64,000 nt of DNA. Origin: Marsupella aquatica (taxonomy: Eukaryota; Plantae; Marchantiophyta). The stretch is from assembly GCA_973895155.1 (NCBI GenBank), contig OZ316897.1:7554470-7618469 (forward strand), given 5' to 3'. Shown piece after piece: positions 63,352 through 64,000 of the stretch; position 1 is the stretch's first letter; the number at the start of each line of letters is the position of its first letter. The notes beneath the pieces are model-generated. The model was given only the letters and a program-made list of their open reading frames with translations, searched no databases and had not been told where the DNA came from. A program made the translations under genes and the position numbers.

Positions 63352-64000
63352 CCGAATATAGGGAACTTCAGCGAAGAATGCCAAAAACATTTCTGGTGTG
63401 AACAAAGAGCTTGACATTCAAAACAGGGACATTTAGAACATTCGAGTCGAATGCACAAAAAATGGTCAAGAATAGCGCCAGGCGCTTGTTTAATAAGCTT
63501 ATGGGAACTGTATATTTAAAACCTTTTTGACCGCATCCGTTAGCGAATAGCAAATCCGTCCCAAAGAACAAAAACTCATGTACAAGAAGATATCGAAGAA
63601 CGTGCAGCGTCTCGGTCGGGCAAGTGAGCACACTAGCGCCTGGCGCTAGTTCTCTCGGTTGTGGAAGAACCATTGTCATCCTCGATGCCAGCCTTACATG
63701 TGGCTGTGTTGGGAGTAAAACCGTTCTCACCATAAATGCCAAGGATGGCATTCTCTCCACACCTCTTCGGCAGAGGCGGGTACCGATGAACCAAATCCAA
63801 CCAATTTGCACATCCAACGCCAATCCTCAATCCACAAAGTCTTGTGATAGAAAATTAATTTACTAATATGGTAGCCCCAGGCGCTTACAAAAGTTCAAAA
63901 TGATCCGAGGTGTCCACATCGTAAACCGAAGGATAGCAAAATTCAAAAAGCAACGCGCATCCTATGCCTATCGCTTGATACGACCGAGACGATAAACTAG

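Noticed and set aside
63368-63866. Protein-coding gene at the window end
   Set aside because: Overlapping short ORFs on both strands with no recognisable motif; the context is cut off by the window edge.

Overview
Eukaryotic, land-plant-type nuclear DNA (GT-AG introns, plant TE families, pervasive C>T decay) that is almost entirely nested transposable elements; the taxon cannot be fixed from the sequence. The only clearly intact host gene is an intronless DUF1764 gene (45377-45829, -). In order, the window holds: a multi-exon HECT E3-ligase-like pseudogene (2.7-8.6 kb); a near full-length CRE-clade (restriction-like endonuclease) non-LTR retrotransposon (13.9-17.8 kb); a ZNF862-like hAT transposase relic; and a 14.8-kb Mutator-like element (~530-bp TIRs, 9-bp TSD). 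The MULE carries a transposase, a convergent C2H2-finger accessory gene and motif arrays, and has a full-length Copia inserted in it. After DUF1764 come a MITE family with 8-bp TSDs nested in itself, a SINE, a second decayed CRE copy and a truncated Copia. Last is a CACTA element (from 57673) with a TnpA-like gene and a divergent spliced gene fusing a CACTA-type CxCxxC...H module to a SET domain. The best candidates for undescribed biology are the CACTA-borne SET protein and the MULE accessory-gene-plus-motif-array module, both possibly TE-encoded anti-silencing systems. All family calls come from motif recognition by eye, without database searches.
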